DNA of 64,000 nucleotides, from assembly GCA_045606725.1 (NCBI GenBank), contig JAZUSM010000119.1, positions 41,491-105,490 of the forward strand, read 5' to 3'. This stretch comes from Oscillospiraceae bacterium (lineage in GTDB: Bacteria; Bacillota; Clostridia; Oscillospirales; Ruminococcaceae). Position 1 is the first letter of the stretch; each line of letters opens with the position of its first letter. The notes under the pieces are model-generated. The model was not told the DNA's origin. It did not search any database and worked only from the letters and a program-made list of their open reading frames with translations. The position numbers and the translations under genes were made by a program. Positions 10,205 through 19,331 of this stretch are shown here, one piece after another.

Positions 10205-10853
10205 CGTGCACCTCGATTATTTCTGCAACAGTTGAATTTTCGATACGAAATTTTTTTGTACAAAGGGAGTCTATATCCTCGGCAATATGGCTGGCCAGAA
10301 CGATTGTTGCACCTTGCTCATTAAGTTCGGTAAAAAGCTTTCTGATTTCGGCAACAGACTCTGTATCAAGGCTGTTCATCGGCTCGTCAAGGACAAGCAA
10401 TTCAGGTTTGTTCATTACCGCCTGAATTATACCTAATTTCTGACGCATACCGAGAGAATATGTGCGGACTCCCCTGCGGTTTTTAGGGTCGAGTCCCAAC
10501 CTTGTCATAAGGGCACAGATTTCCTCCGTTGGAACGGGATTTACGCTCATTGAGTTAAGGATTTTCAGATTTTTAAGACCGCTGTAATGCGGGATAAAGC
10601 CAGGGGTTTCAATCATTACCCCAAGCGACTCAAAAAAACGGTTTTGTTTTGTAAGGTTGACTCCGTCAAAGGTTACGCTGCCCTTATCGGGAACAAGCAA
10701 GCCTGTCATAAGTTTGAAAATAACGGTTTTGCCACTTCCGTTTCTGCCGACGAAGCCGCATATTTCACCTTTTTCTATTGTAAAGCTTACAGATTTCACA
10801 ACGGGAACTCCTCCGAAGCTTTTGCTGACGTCCTGAAAACGGATATAACTCAT
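10185..10853 (-). CDS. ABC transporter ATP-binding subunit (ABC-2/LanF-like)
   Basis: The track start 10913 sits inside the promoter. ATG 10853 (MSYIRFQDVSKSF) has GAAAGGA 8 nt upstream. Motifs: Walker A GRNGSGKT, signature LSLGMRQK, Walker B LVLDEP. Confidence 0.85.
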   Translation of the reverse strand: MSYIRFQDVSKSFGGVPVVKSVSFTIEKGEICGFVGRNGSGKTVIFKLMTGLLVPDKGSVTFDGVNLTKQNRFFESLGVMIETPGFIPHYSGLKNLKILNSMSVNPVPTEEICALMTRLGLDPKNRRGVRTYSLGMRQKLGIIQAVMNKPELLVLDEPMNSLDTESVAEIRKLFTELNEQGATIVLASHIAEDIDSLCTKKFRIENSTVAEIIEVHDEILVN

Positions 10854-10884
10854 ATGAAAAATCCTTTCAATTTTACTACTTACA

Positions 10885-10913
10885 ATTATAATATTTTTCC
10901 CTATAAATGTCAA
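10885..10913 (-). promoter_or_regulatory. SigA-type promoter (TTGACA-17-TATAAT) heading the ABC-2 to DUF58 gene string
   Basis: Reverse strand: TTGACA (10913-10908), 17-nt spacer, TATAAT (10890-10885). Confidence 0.6.
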
Positions 10914-10932
10914 CTTATAAAGCCAATCAAGT

Positions 10933-10959
10933 AAAAAAGGCGGATATATAATCCGCCCC
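10933..10959 (-). terminator. Rho-independent terminator after the DUF4364 gene
   Basis: Reverse strand: GGGGCGGAT-tatat-ATCCGCCTT followed by TTTTTT. It begins at the stop codon. Confidence 0.75.
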
Positions 10960-11525
10960 TAATCAATATCAATTTTTATTTGTTCTTCTTCATTTTCAAG
11001 TGCAAAGCCTATTATTCTGCTGTAGAAATCAGTAGGGTTAAGCAGGATTTTATCCTTGATAACCTTAGCCTGGTCATAATCGGGTGCATAAAGGGAAATC
11101 CTCATCAAATCAAAGTTTGTATCCTTGATTCTGCAATTGACCTCACAACCGTTTGCAACCTCGGTTATCTCTATATCCGCTTCACTTTCACGTTTCAGAC
11201 GTGCAAAATAGTACATTGCTGTTTTAAGCAGCTTCTTACGGAAATAGTATGGTATGGAGTCATTGAAATACTCGGCACCGTATTTTCCCTTTTCGGTTGC
11301 TTCAATGTAAATTTCTCCGTTGCGTTCAACACGGACAACCGACTCATTCTTCAGCAGGTCGCCCATTGCTTCCGTATAATAAAAATAATTTATTATTTCA
11401 CTTTCCTGCACGATTTCGTAAAGCTGCTCTTCTGTGACGGGATTTTTCAGCTTGTCAAGGAGATAACACAGCATCACCTTTACGTCGTGGGCGGAATACA
11501 TTTCTATATTATTGAATTCGTTCAT
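10959..11525 (-). CDS. DUF4364-like protein
   Basis: 188 aa. The N-terminus (VKVMLCYLLDKLKNPVTEEQLYEIV) resembles the DUF4364 family common in Clostridia. Assignment is from memory only. Confidence 0.5.
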   Translation of the reverse strand: MNEFNNIEMYSAHDVKVMLCYLLDKLKNPVTEEQLYEIVQESEIINYFYYTEAMGDLLKNESVVRVERNGEIYIEATEKGKYGAEYFNDSIPYYFRKKLLKTAMYYFARLKRESEADIEITEVANGCEVNCRIKDTNFDLMRISLYAPDYDQAKVIKDKILLNPTDFYSRIIGFALENEEEQIKIDID

Positions 11526-11543
11526 AACATCTCCGATATGGTT

Positions 11544-12263
11544 TTACATCATATTATCTATCTTTCGGTTTCCCTTAGGAAGCTGAGCGTCAAGCGGAAG
11601 TTCTTCCATTTCCCAATCCTGAGTTTCGGAAGCTGTATCGGGATTTTCCTTTTTTTCTTTCTGCATACGCTTCAGATATTCGCTTCTTTTGTAATGCAAG
11701 CCGCTGGTGTTTGCCATTGGTCTTGGCTCGTCAATTGCGATAATGAAATCGGGATAACCCTCCTGCAAAGAAAGATAGTCCTTTTCCTTATACAAACGAA
11801 GAATATAGTCGCTGAGCCATATTCCGTATCCGCCGTATGCAATGAAATACAGACCTGTAAGTATACCGCAGCTGCCCATAATAAGTGCTATTAAACCATA
11901 CAATGCCCCTGCCGCATATATTGCTATAATGACGTAGAATGGTTTTCTTGCCTTGAAGAAATAGGCACCGAATGTCAGCAGACCGATTACAAGCAGAAAC
12001 GCCAGATAAAGATATGGAATTTCAACCGCAAGGTCGCTTTTTTCGTTTGTACCATTGGCATAGTTCATAATTATCTGTCCCATGAAAGCAGTTCCGCCTG
12101 CAAGCATAGCAAGGGTACGGATAAAATAATACAGCGTAAGAATAAGCCAAACACCCGCTGACGGAATCATTGCCATCCAGAAAGCTGTCTTGAAGCTTTT
12201 CTTCATTGTGGTGTAACGCTGATGATTGATTTTATATTCCTCTTCACGTTTCAGCGAAGGCAT
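11544..12263 (-). CDS. Hypothetical integral membrane protein with a charged C-terminal tail
   Basis: 239 aa with about 5 TM segments. SD GAGGTGA lies 4-5 nt upstream of ATG 12263. Confidence 0.55.
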   Translation of the reverse strand: MPSLKREEEYKINHQRYTTMKKSFKTAFWMAMIPSAGVWLILTLYYFIRTLAMLAGGTAFMGQIIMNYANGTNEKSDLAVEIPYLYLAFLLVIGLLTFGAYFFKARKPFYVIIAIYAAGALYGLIALIMGSCGILTGLYFIAYGGYGIWLSDYILRLYKEKDYLSLQEGYPDFIIAIDEPRPMANTSGLHYKRSEYLKRMQKEKKENPDTASETQDWEMEELPLDAQLPKGNRKIDNMM

Positions 12264-12287
12264 ATCATCACCTCATGTTGTCATAAA

Positions 12288-13379
12288 TCAGAAATTCGGA
12301 TAGTTAAGCATATGTGAAAGAATAGCAAGATTTGCTGCTGCTTCAACGCATGGCACTGCTCTCGGAACGACGCATGGGTCGTGTCTGCCCTTGATTTCGA
12401 GAGTTTCGTTTGTAAGTGCGCTGATGTCCACAGTTTCCTGTGGTTTGGAAATAGATGGAGTAGGCTTGAATGCTACTCTGAACACGATTGGCATACCTGA
12501 GGAAATACCTCCGAGGATACCGCCGTGGTTGTTTGTCTTAGTGAGTACGTGACCGTGTTCATTTACATAGAACTCGTCGTTATTCTGGCTTCCGAGCATT
12601 TCTGCTACCTGGAAGCCTGCACCGAATTCGATACCCTTTACAGCTGGAATACCGAAAACGAGCTGTGCAATGCTGTTTTCGAGTCCCTCAAAAATCGGAG
12701 AGCCGATACCTGCGGGAACGTTTGTGATTACGCACTCGATAATTCCGCCTACGCTGTCGCCTGCTTCTCTTGCCTTTGCAATATCGGCAACCATAGCTGC
12801 TCCCTTCTTATCGTTAAGGGTTGGGAATTTCTTGTGACGCAAAGCAACAATCTGCTCCTTTGTAACCTCACAAGGATTGAATTTTTCTTCCTTGATGTTG
12901 TGTACCTGAAGAATATGTGCACCTGTATAGATGCCTCTGCGCTCAAGAATCTGGCCACAGATTGAACCTGCAAAGCAAAGCGGTGCGGTAAGTCTGCCTG
13001 AGAAGTGTCCGCCGCCTCTTACGTCGTTGAAGCCCTTATAGCGGAGTGCGCCTGTATAATCGGCATGACCGGGACGAGCAAGCTTGGAAAGGTTGCTGTA
13101 GTCCTGTGAATGGGTATCGGTATTATTGATAAAAGCGGCAAGAGGAGTACCTGTAGTATAATTGTTATGGATACCTGAAAGGATATTCGGCATATCGCTT
13201 TCACGGCGAGGTGTGGAAGTAGCGTCCTTTTTAGGGGCGCGTCTTGCCATAAAATTACGGATTTCCTCAGGGTCTATATATTCACCTGATGGAAGCTTAT
13301 CAAGAACGACACCTATTGCGGGGCCGTGAGATTCACCGAAAATTGACACTGTTAAGTTATGATTCCAGAATGATGACAT
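12288..13379 (-). CDS. aroC: Chorismate synthase
   Basis: 363 aa with motifs FGESHGPAIG, GRLTAP and HDPCVVPRAVP. Confidence 0.92.
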   Translation of the reverse strand: MSSFWNHNLTVSIFGESHGPAIGVVLDKLPSGEYIDPEEIRNFMARRAPKKDATSTPRRESDMPNILSGIHNNYTTGTPLAAFINNTDTHSQDYSNLSKLARPGHADYTGALRYKGFNDVRGGGHFSGRLTAPLCFAGSICGQILERRGIYTGAHILQVHNIKEEKFNPCEVTKEQIVALRHKKFPTLNDKKGAAMVADIAKAREAGDSVGGIIECVITNVPAGIGSPIFEGLENSIAQLVFGIPAVKGIEFGAGFQVAEMLGSQNNDEFYVNEHGHVLTKTNNHGGILGGISSGMPIVFRVAFKPTPSISKPQETVDISALTNETLEIKGRHDPCVVPRAVPCVEAAANLAILSHMLNYPNF

Positions 13380-13405
13380 TTATTTTTCAATCCTTTCAGC
13401 ACGGG

Positions 13406-14668
13406 TTAGTTACCGATTATCTCATAGTTTCCGCCCAAAGCGGCAAAATCCTTCCAGAAATCGGGGTAGCTTTTTGTTACTGCCTCTGCGTCGGTAATTA
13501 CGAATTCACCATCCGACATTGTTGAAGCGATTGCCGCAGCCATAACAATTCTATGGTCGTTGCAACCATTGATTTTACCTGCGTGGAATCCCTCAATCGG
13601 AGCAATTTCCAGCGCATCGTCGAACACAGTAATTTTTCCGCCTACGGCATTAAGCGCATCTGCTATTGCTGCAAGACGGTCGCTTTCCTTTATTTTAAGG
13701 CGCTTTGCACCGGTTATACGGCTTATTCCGTCCCCGAAGCATCCCAGCACCGTCATAATCGGCACAAGGTCGGGAATATCGGAAACATCCGCCTCAAAGG
13801 CTTTCAGCTTAACATTGGAAGCACCTGTATTATTATAACCCATTTCCTTAATAATTTCAAGGATTTTTTTATCACCCTGCACGGAAGCACTGTTGAGGTT
13901 GTCAACAACAATTTCCGAGCCGAGTGCGTTTGCAACATAGAAGAATGCCGCCTGAGAGTAGTCACCCTCAACGATACAGTCTGCGGACCTATATTTCTGT
14001 CCACCCTTTATATTATACACTGGGTAGCCGTTTTCGTCCGCTGTTTCATTGATTTCAATGCCGAAGCAATTCAGTGCACTGACTGTCATATCTGCGTAAG
14101 GCTTTGACTCAAGACGTGATGTAAGACGGATAACTGAATCCTCCTCGCAAAGAGGAAGTGCAAACAGAAGTCCAGTAATAAACTGCGAGGAAATATCCCC
14201 TTCCAGCAAATATTCACCGCCTCTTAGCTTGCCGCTCATTGTAAACGGCATAACGCCCTCATCACGGGTGATTGTTACTCCATATTTGCTCATTTCACGG
14301 ATATACGGTGTTATAGGTCTTTCGGGAAGTTTGCCCTTGCCGTGAAATTCGCATTCGCAGCCGAGAGCAGCTGCAATCGGAATTATAAAACGAAGCGTTG
14401 AGCCGCTTTCACAGCAGTCAACAACAGCCTTTTCCGCAGGCTTTTTTATACCCATAACGGTATATGTGCTGTCATCGGAAAGTATATTTGCACCGAGGGC
14501 ATTCATTGCTCCAACGGTTGCGTCAATATCCTTTGACACGCTTATATTTGACATCTCGGACACGCCGCCTGCAAGAGCTGCGGCGATGAGCATACGGTGC
14601 GAAAAGCTTTTTGAGGAAGGTGCTTTAACCCTGCCGATAAGCTTTGATGGGGTAATTCTTACTTTCAT
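13406..14668 (-). CDS. aroA: 3-phosphoshikimate 1-carboxyvinyltransferase (EPSP synthase)
   Basis: 420 aa with motifs PSSKSFSHRMLIAAALA, ESGSTLRF, KESDRL and NDHRIVMAAA. Confidence 0.92.
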   Translation of the reverse strand: MKVRITPSKLIGRVKAPSSKSFSHRMLIAAALAGGVSEMSNISVSKDIDATVGAMNALGANILSDDSTYTVMGIKKPAEKAVVDCCESGSTLRFIIPIAAALGCECEFHGKGKLPERPITPYIREMSKYGVTITRDEGVMPFTMSGKLRGGEYLLEGDISSQFITGLLFALPLCEEDSVIRLTSRLESKPYADMTVSALNCFGIEINETADENGYPVYNIKGGQKYRSADCIVEGDYSQAAFFYVANALGSEIVVDNLNSASVQGDKKILEIIKEMGYNNTGASNVKLKAFEADVSDIPDLVPIMTVLGCFGDGISRITGAKRLKIKESDRLAAIADALNAVGGKITVFDDALEIAPIEGFHAGKINGCNDHRIVMAAAIASTMSDGEFVITDAEAVTKSYPDFWKDFAALGGNYEIIGN

Positions 14669-14689
14669 TCGTTAATCCTTTCGAAACGG

Positions 14690-15772
14690 TTACTCTGTAT
14701 ATTCGGAAAGCATTGCAAAGAAAGCTTCCACAGGCATTTTCTTAATCATTGAAGCACCTATATCACAGCAGATGATAATATTTATGCTTCCGCCGAAGCG
14801 CTTCTTGTCATTGATACAGCCGCCTGCAAGCTTATCGGGAGCAATATCCACGTCATTATCAAGTCCGTAATAGCTGAGGCAGTTCTTAAGTCTGCCGTAT
14901 GTGCCGGGTTCAGCCATGCCGTTTGACTCGGCAATTGCAGTGATAAGCTTCATTCCGATACCTACAGCCTTACCGTGAGTAATACCTGTATAGTTGTAAT
15001 ACTGCTCAATTGAGTGACCGATTGTGTGACCGAAATTCAAGAGCATTCTTTCTCCCGTATCAAATTCGTCAGCCTCAACAACGTCACGCTTTATTGTTAC
15101 GCACTGTGCGATAATGTCGTCAAGCACGTCCTTGTTCTTACGGAGTGAGTCAACTGTATACTGTTCAAGCTCGGAGAAAAGGCTTTCGGACTTGATCATA
15201 CCGTACTTGACAATCTCACCCATTCCGTCGATGAAGAATTCTTCATCAAGTGTATCAAGTGTACCTGTGTCGCAAAGAACAAGCTTAGGCTGTTTGAATG
15301 CACCTACAAGGTTCTTTCCGCCGTCAAGGTCAACGGCTGTTTTGCCACCGACGGAGGAGTCAACCTGAGCAAGAAGAGTTGTCGGAAGCTGAACAAAGTC
15401 AACGCCGCGAAGATATGTTGCTGCCGCAAAGCCTGTAATGTCACCTACTACTCCGCCGCCAAGTGCAACAAGGCAGTCACTTCTGCTTATTCCGTTTTCA
15501 CAGAGGAAGTTCCATATTTTTGCAAGAGTTTCCGTGGATTTTGACTGTTCACCGTGAGGGAAAACAAATTTGCACACCTCATAACCCTCGCTTTCGAGAG
15601 CTTCAACGACAATTCTGCCGTAAAGGGCATCAACGGTATCATCTGTTATAACCGCAAGCTTCTGTGCTTCGGTTATGTTACTGATATATCCTCCGCAGTG
15701 GCGAAGCAGACCTCCGCCGATAAGCACATCATATATGCCTGATGCGGTAACGGTAATCTTTTTCAGTGACAT
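14690..15772 (-). CDS. aroB: 3-dehydroquinate synthase
   Basis: Track start is 15787. ATG 15772 (MSLKKITV) has GGAGA 4 nt upstream. Motifs: GGGVVGDITGFAAATYLRG, KTAVD and FGHTIGHSIE. Confidence 0.9.
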   Translation of the reverse strand: MSLKKITVTASGIYDVLIGGGLLRHCGGYISNITEAQKLAVITDDTVDALYGRIVVEALESEGYEVCKFVFPHGEQSKSTETLAKIWNFLCENGISRSDCLVALGGGVVGDITGFAAATYLRGVDFVQLPTTLLAQVDSSVGGKTAVDLDGGKNLVGAFKQPKLVLCDTGTLDTLDEEFFIDGMGEIVKYGMIKSESLFSELEQYTVDSLRKNKDVLDDIIAQCVTIKRDVVEADEFDTGERMLLNFGHTIGHSIEQYYNYTGITHGKAVGIGMKLITAIAESNGMAEPGTYGRLKNCLSYYGLDNDVDIAPDKLAGGCINDKKRFGGSINIIICCDIGASMIKKMPVEAFFAMLSEYTE

Positions 15773-15818
15773 ATTATCTCCGTCCATTCCTGATAAATTT
15801 ATTTTGTAGTGGTAAGAT

Positions 15819-16835
15819 TTACTTGCCCATAGGTCTGCCGAGGAAGTTTGCCATATTTCTGATGTTTGCCATTACAGACTCGAACTTTTCAGGGGTAAGC
15901 TGCTGGCTTGCGTCGGAAAGTGCGCTCTTAGGATCGCAATGAACTTCAATTTCGAGAGCATCTGCACCTGCAACGATTGCAGAGAGTGAGAGAGGCTCAA
16001 CAAGTGAAGCGATACCTGCTGCGTGAGATGGGTCAATACAGATTGGAAGATGTGTCTTCTGCTTGAGGAGAGGTACAGCAGAAATGTCAAGGGTGTTTCT
16101 TGTCCATGTTTCGAATGTACGGATACCTCTTTCGCAGAGGATGATATTCTGGTTGCCGCCTGCCATAATGTACTCAGCAGACATAAGAAGTTCTTCCATT
16201 GTATTCGCAAGACCTCTCTTGAGGAGGACAGGCTTGTCAGACTTGCCGAGAGCCTTGAGAAGCTCAAAGTTCTGCATATTTCTTGCACCTACCTGAATTA
16301 CGTCAATATCTGCAAAAAGGTCAAGGTCAGCGCCGTACATGATTTCTGTTACGATTGGAAGACCTGTTTCCTTACGAGCCTGAATGAGGAGGTCAAGGCC
16401 CTCCTTGCCGAGTCCCTGGAAAGAATATGGTGAAGTTCTTGGCTTGAATGCACCGCCGCGGAGCATTGTAGCACCTGCTTTCTTACAAGCGATAGCTGTC
16501 TTCATAATCTGGTCTTCTGTTTCAACAGAGCAAGGACCTGCAATAACCTGGAGAGAGCCGTTACCGATAACGCAATCTCTTACAGGAATTGTTGTGTCGT
16601 CAGGATGGAACTTACGGTTAGCCTGCTTATAAGGCTCCTGTACACGACGGATACTTTCAACGCAGTCCTGTACCATGAGTGAATCAACATCAATTCTTGA
16701 TGTATCGCCAACAAGACCGATAATATTCTGATTTGCACCTTCAATATGATTAGCTGTTACACCTTTTGCTCTGATAATTTCTTCAAGTCTTGCTACAGCC
16801 TCAGCCTGCGCACCTTTTTTAAGAATAACAATCAT
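15819..16835 (-). CDS. aroF: 3-deoxy-7-phosphoheptulonate (DAHP) synthase, type I-beta, with an N-terminal ferredoxin-like regulatory domain
   Basis: 338 aa. An N-terminal extension of about 70 aa (MIVILKKGAQAE...) precedes a KDO8P/DAHP-synthase-like barrel (AGPCSVE, LRGGAFKPRTSPYSFQG, DPSH). Confidence 0.88.
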   Translation of the reverse strand: MIVILKKGAQAEAVARLEEIIRAKGVTANHIEGANQNIIGLVGDTSRIDVDSLMVQDCVESIRRVQEPYKQANRKFHPDDTTIPVRDCVIGNGSLQVIAGPCSVETEDQIMKTAIACKKAGATMLRGGAFKPRTSPYSFQGLGKEGLDLLIQARKETGLPIVTEIMYGADLDLFADIDVIQVGARNMQNFELLKALGKSDKPVLLKRGLANTMEELLMSAEYIMAGGNQNIILCERGIRTFETWTRNTLDISAVPLLKQKTHLPICIDPSHAAGIASLVEPLSLSAIVAGADALEIEVHCDPKSALSDASQQLTPEKFESVMANIRNMANFLGRPMGK

Positions 16836-16903
16836 TTTCTTTTCCTCCGAAATTTAAAATTTTATTTAAAAGCGTAGGGTACATTTGCACGAAACGTTTT
16901 TAT

Positions 16904-17929
16904 TTACTTTGTAACAATAGTTGTGTCCGGGAGCTTATCGGTCAGTGAAGTCATGTCCTCGTCAGAAACGTCAATACCCTCAATGTATAGCTTTTTGAGT
17001 CCTGCAAGATTTGTCAGAGGATTAAGATTTGAAACGGGATTTCCGCCAAGCTTTATCCAGCCGAGGCTTGTAAGGGACATAAGAGGTTCAACATCTGAAA
17101 CCATATTGTTTTCAAGATAAATCTCCGTCATATCAACCATATTCATAACAGGAGTAATATCTGAAATCTGATTGTTCTGCAAATGGAGTCTGTCCATACG
17201 CTTCATTCCGCTTAATGCGGAAATATCGGAAATTGAGTTGCCGTTAAGACGAAGCAATGTGATTTCTGTCATTCCTGCAAGAGGAGTAATATCGGAAATA
17301 TTGTTTTCAGACAGGTCAAGCACTTCAAGTCCCAACAGACCGTCAAGTGCTGAAATATCGGTAATATTATTTGAGCGCAGGTAAAGATCCTTCAGGGAAA
17401 TAAGTCCTGCAAGCGGTGTAATGTCGCTGATATTGTTCTTGAACAGAGAAAGCGTCTGAAGATTTGTCAGACCTTTAAGAGGAGTGATGTCGCTGATATT
17501 GTTCTGATATATATGAAGTTCAGTAAGATTTACCATATACTTCAGATCCTTGATATCCTCATCTGTAAGCTCCATATTATTGAGGGTAAGCGCAGTAAGG
17601 CTTGTACTGTACTCCACGCCTTTTATTGTAATGAACTGAGGCAAGTCGGACATTACCTCCTCCTTTGCCGCAGCGGCTTCGCTTACAGCAGGATTATCCT
17701 TGCCCAACATGAAATCGGACTTATCCTTGAAGCCGATATTCGGTGAGGTTTCTGCTTTAAGAGATTCCACCTGAGATTCAAGTTCGGCAATTCTTGATTC
17801 ATAGCCTGCCGAATCAAAGGTTTCAGCAGGTTCAGCACCTGCTGTTTCCTTATCCTTACAACCTGTCAGGGACAACGCCATTGCAGCGGCCAGCAGTATG
17901 CCGAATGCACTCCTTATTTTTTTGTTCAT
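16904..17929 (-). CDS. Leucine-rich-repeat (internalin-like) lipoprotein
   Basis: Track start is 17992. ATG 17929 (MNKKIRSAFGILLAAAMALSLTGC) has AAGGA 8 nt upstream. It carries a lipobox and about 9 tandem 22-aa repeats LxxLxLxxNxISDITPLxGLxx. Confidence 0.85.
   Translation of the reverse strand: MNKKIRSAFGILLAAAMALSLTGCKDKETAGAEPAETFDSAGYESRIAELESQVESLKAETSPNIGFKDKSDFMLGKDNPAVSEAAAAKEEVMSDLPQFITIKGVEYSTSLTALTLNNMELTDEDIKDLKYMVNLTELHIYQNNISDITPLKGLTNLQTLSLFKNNISDITPLAGLISLKDLYLRSNNITDISALDGLLGLEVLDLSENNISDITPLAGMTEITLLRLNGNSISDISALSGMKRMDRLHLQNNQISDITPVMNMVDMTEIYLENNMVSDVEPLMSLTSLGWIKLGGNPVSNLNPLTNLAGLKKLYIEGIDVSDEDMTSLTDKLPDTTIVTK
16972..17602 (-). repeat. Coding tandem repeats: about 9 x 66-nt LRR units
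   Basis: Repeated peptides NNISDITPLKGLTNLQTLSLFK, NNISDITPLAGLISLKDLYLRS, NNITDISALDGLLGLEVLDLSE, NNISDITPLAGMTEITLLRLNG, and so on. Confidence 0.8.
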
Positions 17930-18285
17930 AATCATTTTCCTTTCAAAACAAAAACAGCCTGTGACACCTTTGCCGCAGACCGTTACAAACAATAGTTATT
18001 ACAACATCAGCTTTACAATTCTGTTATCGGCAATATATTTTTTTACGGCATGGAAAGTAAAACCCATAGCTAAAGTAAAAGCCTGCGCCTGCAAAAAATA
18101 TAAAGTTAAAAAAGCCAAGAACAGAATTTACAGCCTTCATACTTTTAACCTCAAAATTTAAATCTACATGGTTTATTATATACCTACAACAAGCTATTGT
18201 CAAGGTTTTTTGCAAAAAAAATGTCAAAACGTAACTTTATTCCATTTCAGTTACAATATGTAAACTTCATTTACCAAATTGTAAT

Positions 18286-18314
18286 TTGTATTACAATGTA
18301 AAGTGTGATATAAT
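18286..18314 (+). promoter_or_regulatory. Candidate promoter of the MoxR-DUF58-transglutaminase operon
   Basis: TTGTAT (18286-18291), 17-nt spacer, TG-extended TATAAT (18309-18314), 41 nt upstream of ATG 18355. Confidence 0.45.
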
Positions 18315-18354
18315 TGTTTCATATTCTGAAAATAAACTGTAAGGGGTTTTAGAT

Positions 18355-19311
18355 ATGACCGATGAAATAATCCGCAGACAGGTTCTTCCTGTTGCAAAGA
18401 AAATAAACGAGGAAGTCAAAAAAGCTGTTATAGGAAAAAATGATATTATTGTCAAGACCCAGCTTGCCATTATCGCTGGAGGGCACATTCTTCTCGACGA
18501 TATCCCCGGAGTAGGAAAGACGACCCTTGCCCTTGCTTTTTCCAAAGCTATGTCCCTTGACTATAAGCGTATGCAGTTTACTCCCGATGTACTTCCTGCT
18601 GATGTAACGGGTTTTACTGTTTACAACAAGCAGACAGAACGCTTTGAGTACAAGCCCGGTGCGGCGCTTTGCAGTCTGTTCCTTGCAGATGAAATAAACC
18701 GTACCTCCAGCAAGACTCAGAGTGCACTTCTTGAGGCGATGGAGGAAGGTTCTGTAACTGTTGACGGTGTTACACACGAGCTTCCCAAGCCGTTCATTGT
18801 TATTGCAACGCAGAACCCTATCGGTTCTGTCGGCACGCAGATGCTCCCCGAATCTCAGCTTGACCGTTTCATTGTCAGGCTGACAATGGGTTATCCTGAC
18901 CTTAACAGTGAGATACAGATTCTCAAGTCAAAAGGCTCAGACAAGCCTGCTGACAGCATCGTTCCTGTTGCAAATGCTGATGATGTGCTTATGCTTCGTG
19001 CGGCGGCTGAACAGATTTTCGTAGATGACCGTGTTTACAAATATATCGCTTCAATTTCGTCGGCAACCCGTACTCATCCTCAGATAAAACTCGGACTCAG
19101 TCCGAGAGGCTCGGTTGCCCTTGCGGCAATGGCCAAGGCTACTGCACTCCTAAGCGGACGTAGCTACGTTATTCCCGATGACGTAAAATACATTCTCAAT
19201 GATGTTGCTGAACACCGCATCATCATTTCTCCGAAAGCAAAGGCAGCAGGGGTAACTGCGGCTGATGTAATCCGTGACATAAGTGCACGCATACCCGCTC
19301 CGAAAATCTGA
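18355..19311 (+). CDS. MoxR-family AAA+ ATPase, copy 2 (YeaC-like)
   Basis: 318 aa with Walker A IPGVGKT, Walker B FLADEINR and ATQNP. By eye it is about half identical to copy 1. Confidence 0.9.
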   Translation: MTDEIIRRQVLPVAKKINEEVKKAVIGKNDIIVKTQLAIIAGGHILLDDIPGVGKTTLALAFSKAMSLDYKRMQFTPDVLPADVTGFTVYNKQTERFEYKPGAALCSLFLADEINRTSSKTQSALLEAMEEGSVTVDGVTHELPKPFIVIATQNPIGSVGTQMLPESQLDRFIVRLTMGYPDLNSEIQILKSKGSDKPADSIVPVANADDVLMLRAAAEQIFVDDRVYKYIASISSATRTHPQIKLGLSPRGSVALAAMAKATALLSGRSYVIPDDVKYILNDVAEHRIIISPKAKAAGVTAADVIRDISARIPAPKI

Positions 19312-19331
19312 AATCCGAAAGGACAAGCCTT

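Noticed and set aside
8165-10913. Calling the ABC-2 genes plus lipoprotein a lantibiotic immunity (LanFEG-LanI) cluster.
   Set aside because: The subunit sizes and order fit. However, I saw no precursor-peptide-like small ORF, no LanB/C/M/T/P gene and no dedicated two-component system nearby. The lipoprotein shows no similarity I can recognise to NisI or SpaI. Function is left open.
10980-11894. 304-aa ORF on the + strand, with similar long antisense ORFs at 42092..43021 (309 aa), 52167..52925 (252 aa), 21858..22541 (227 aa), 27168..27842 (224 aa) and 3137..3700 (187 aa).
   Set aside because: Each lies entirely antisense to a gene with clear family motifs. The translations are low-complexity, Cys/Phe/Ile-rich or Ser/Pro-rich, have no recognisable domains and lack SD sequences. 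I treat them as shadow ORFs.
12288-16835. The incomplete shikimate operon (no aroE, aroK or aroD/aroQ) as an anomaly.
   Set aside because: Split aro gene sets are common in Firmicutes, and the missing steps are presumably encoded elsewhere. Not informative without the whole genome.
18206-18219. T6-GC-A6 palindrome (TTTTTTGCAAAAAA) in the 360-bp divergent region upstream of MoxR copy 2.
   Set aside because: It cannot form a stable hairpin because it has no loop and is all A-T apart from the centre. It most likely just reflects AT-rich, possibly curved promoter DNA.
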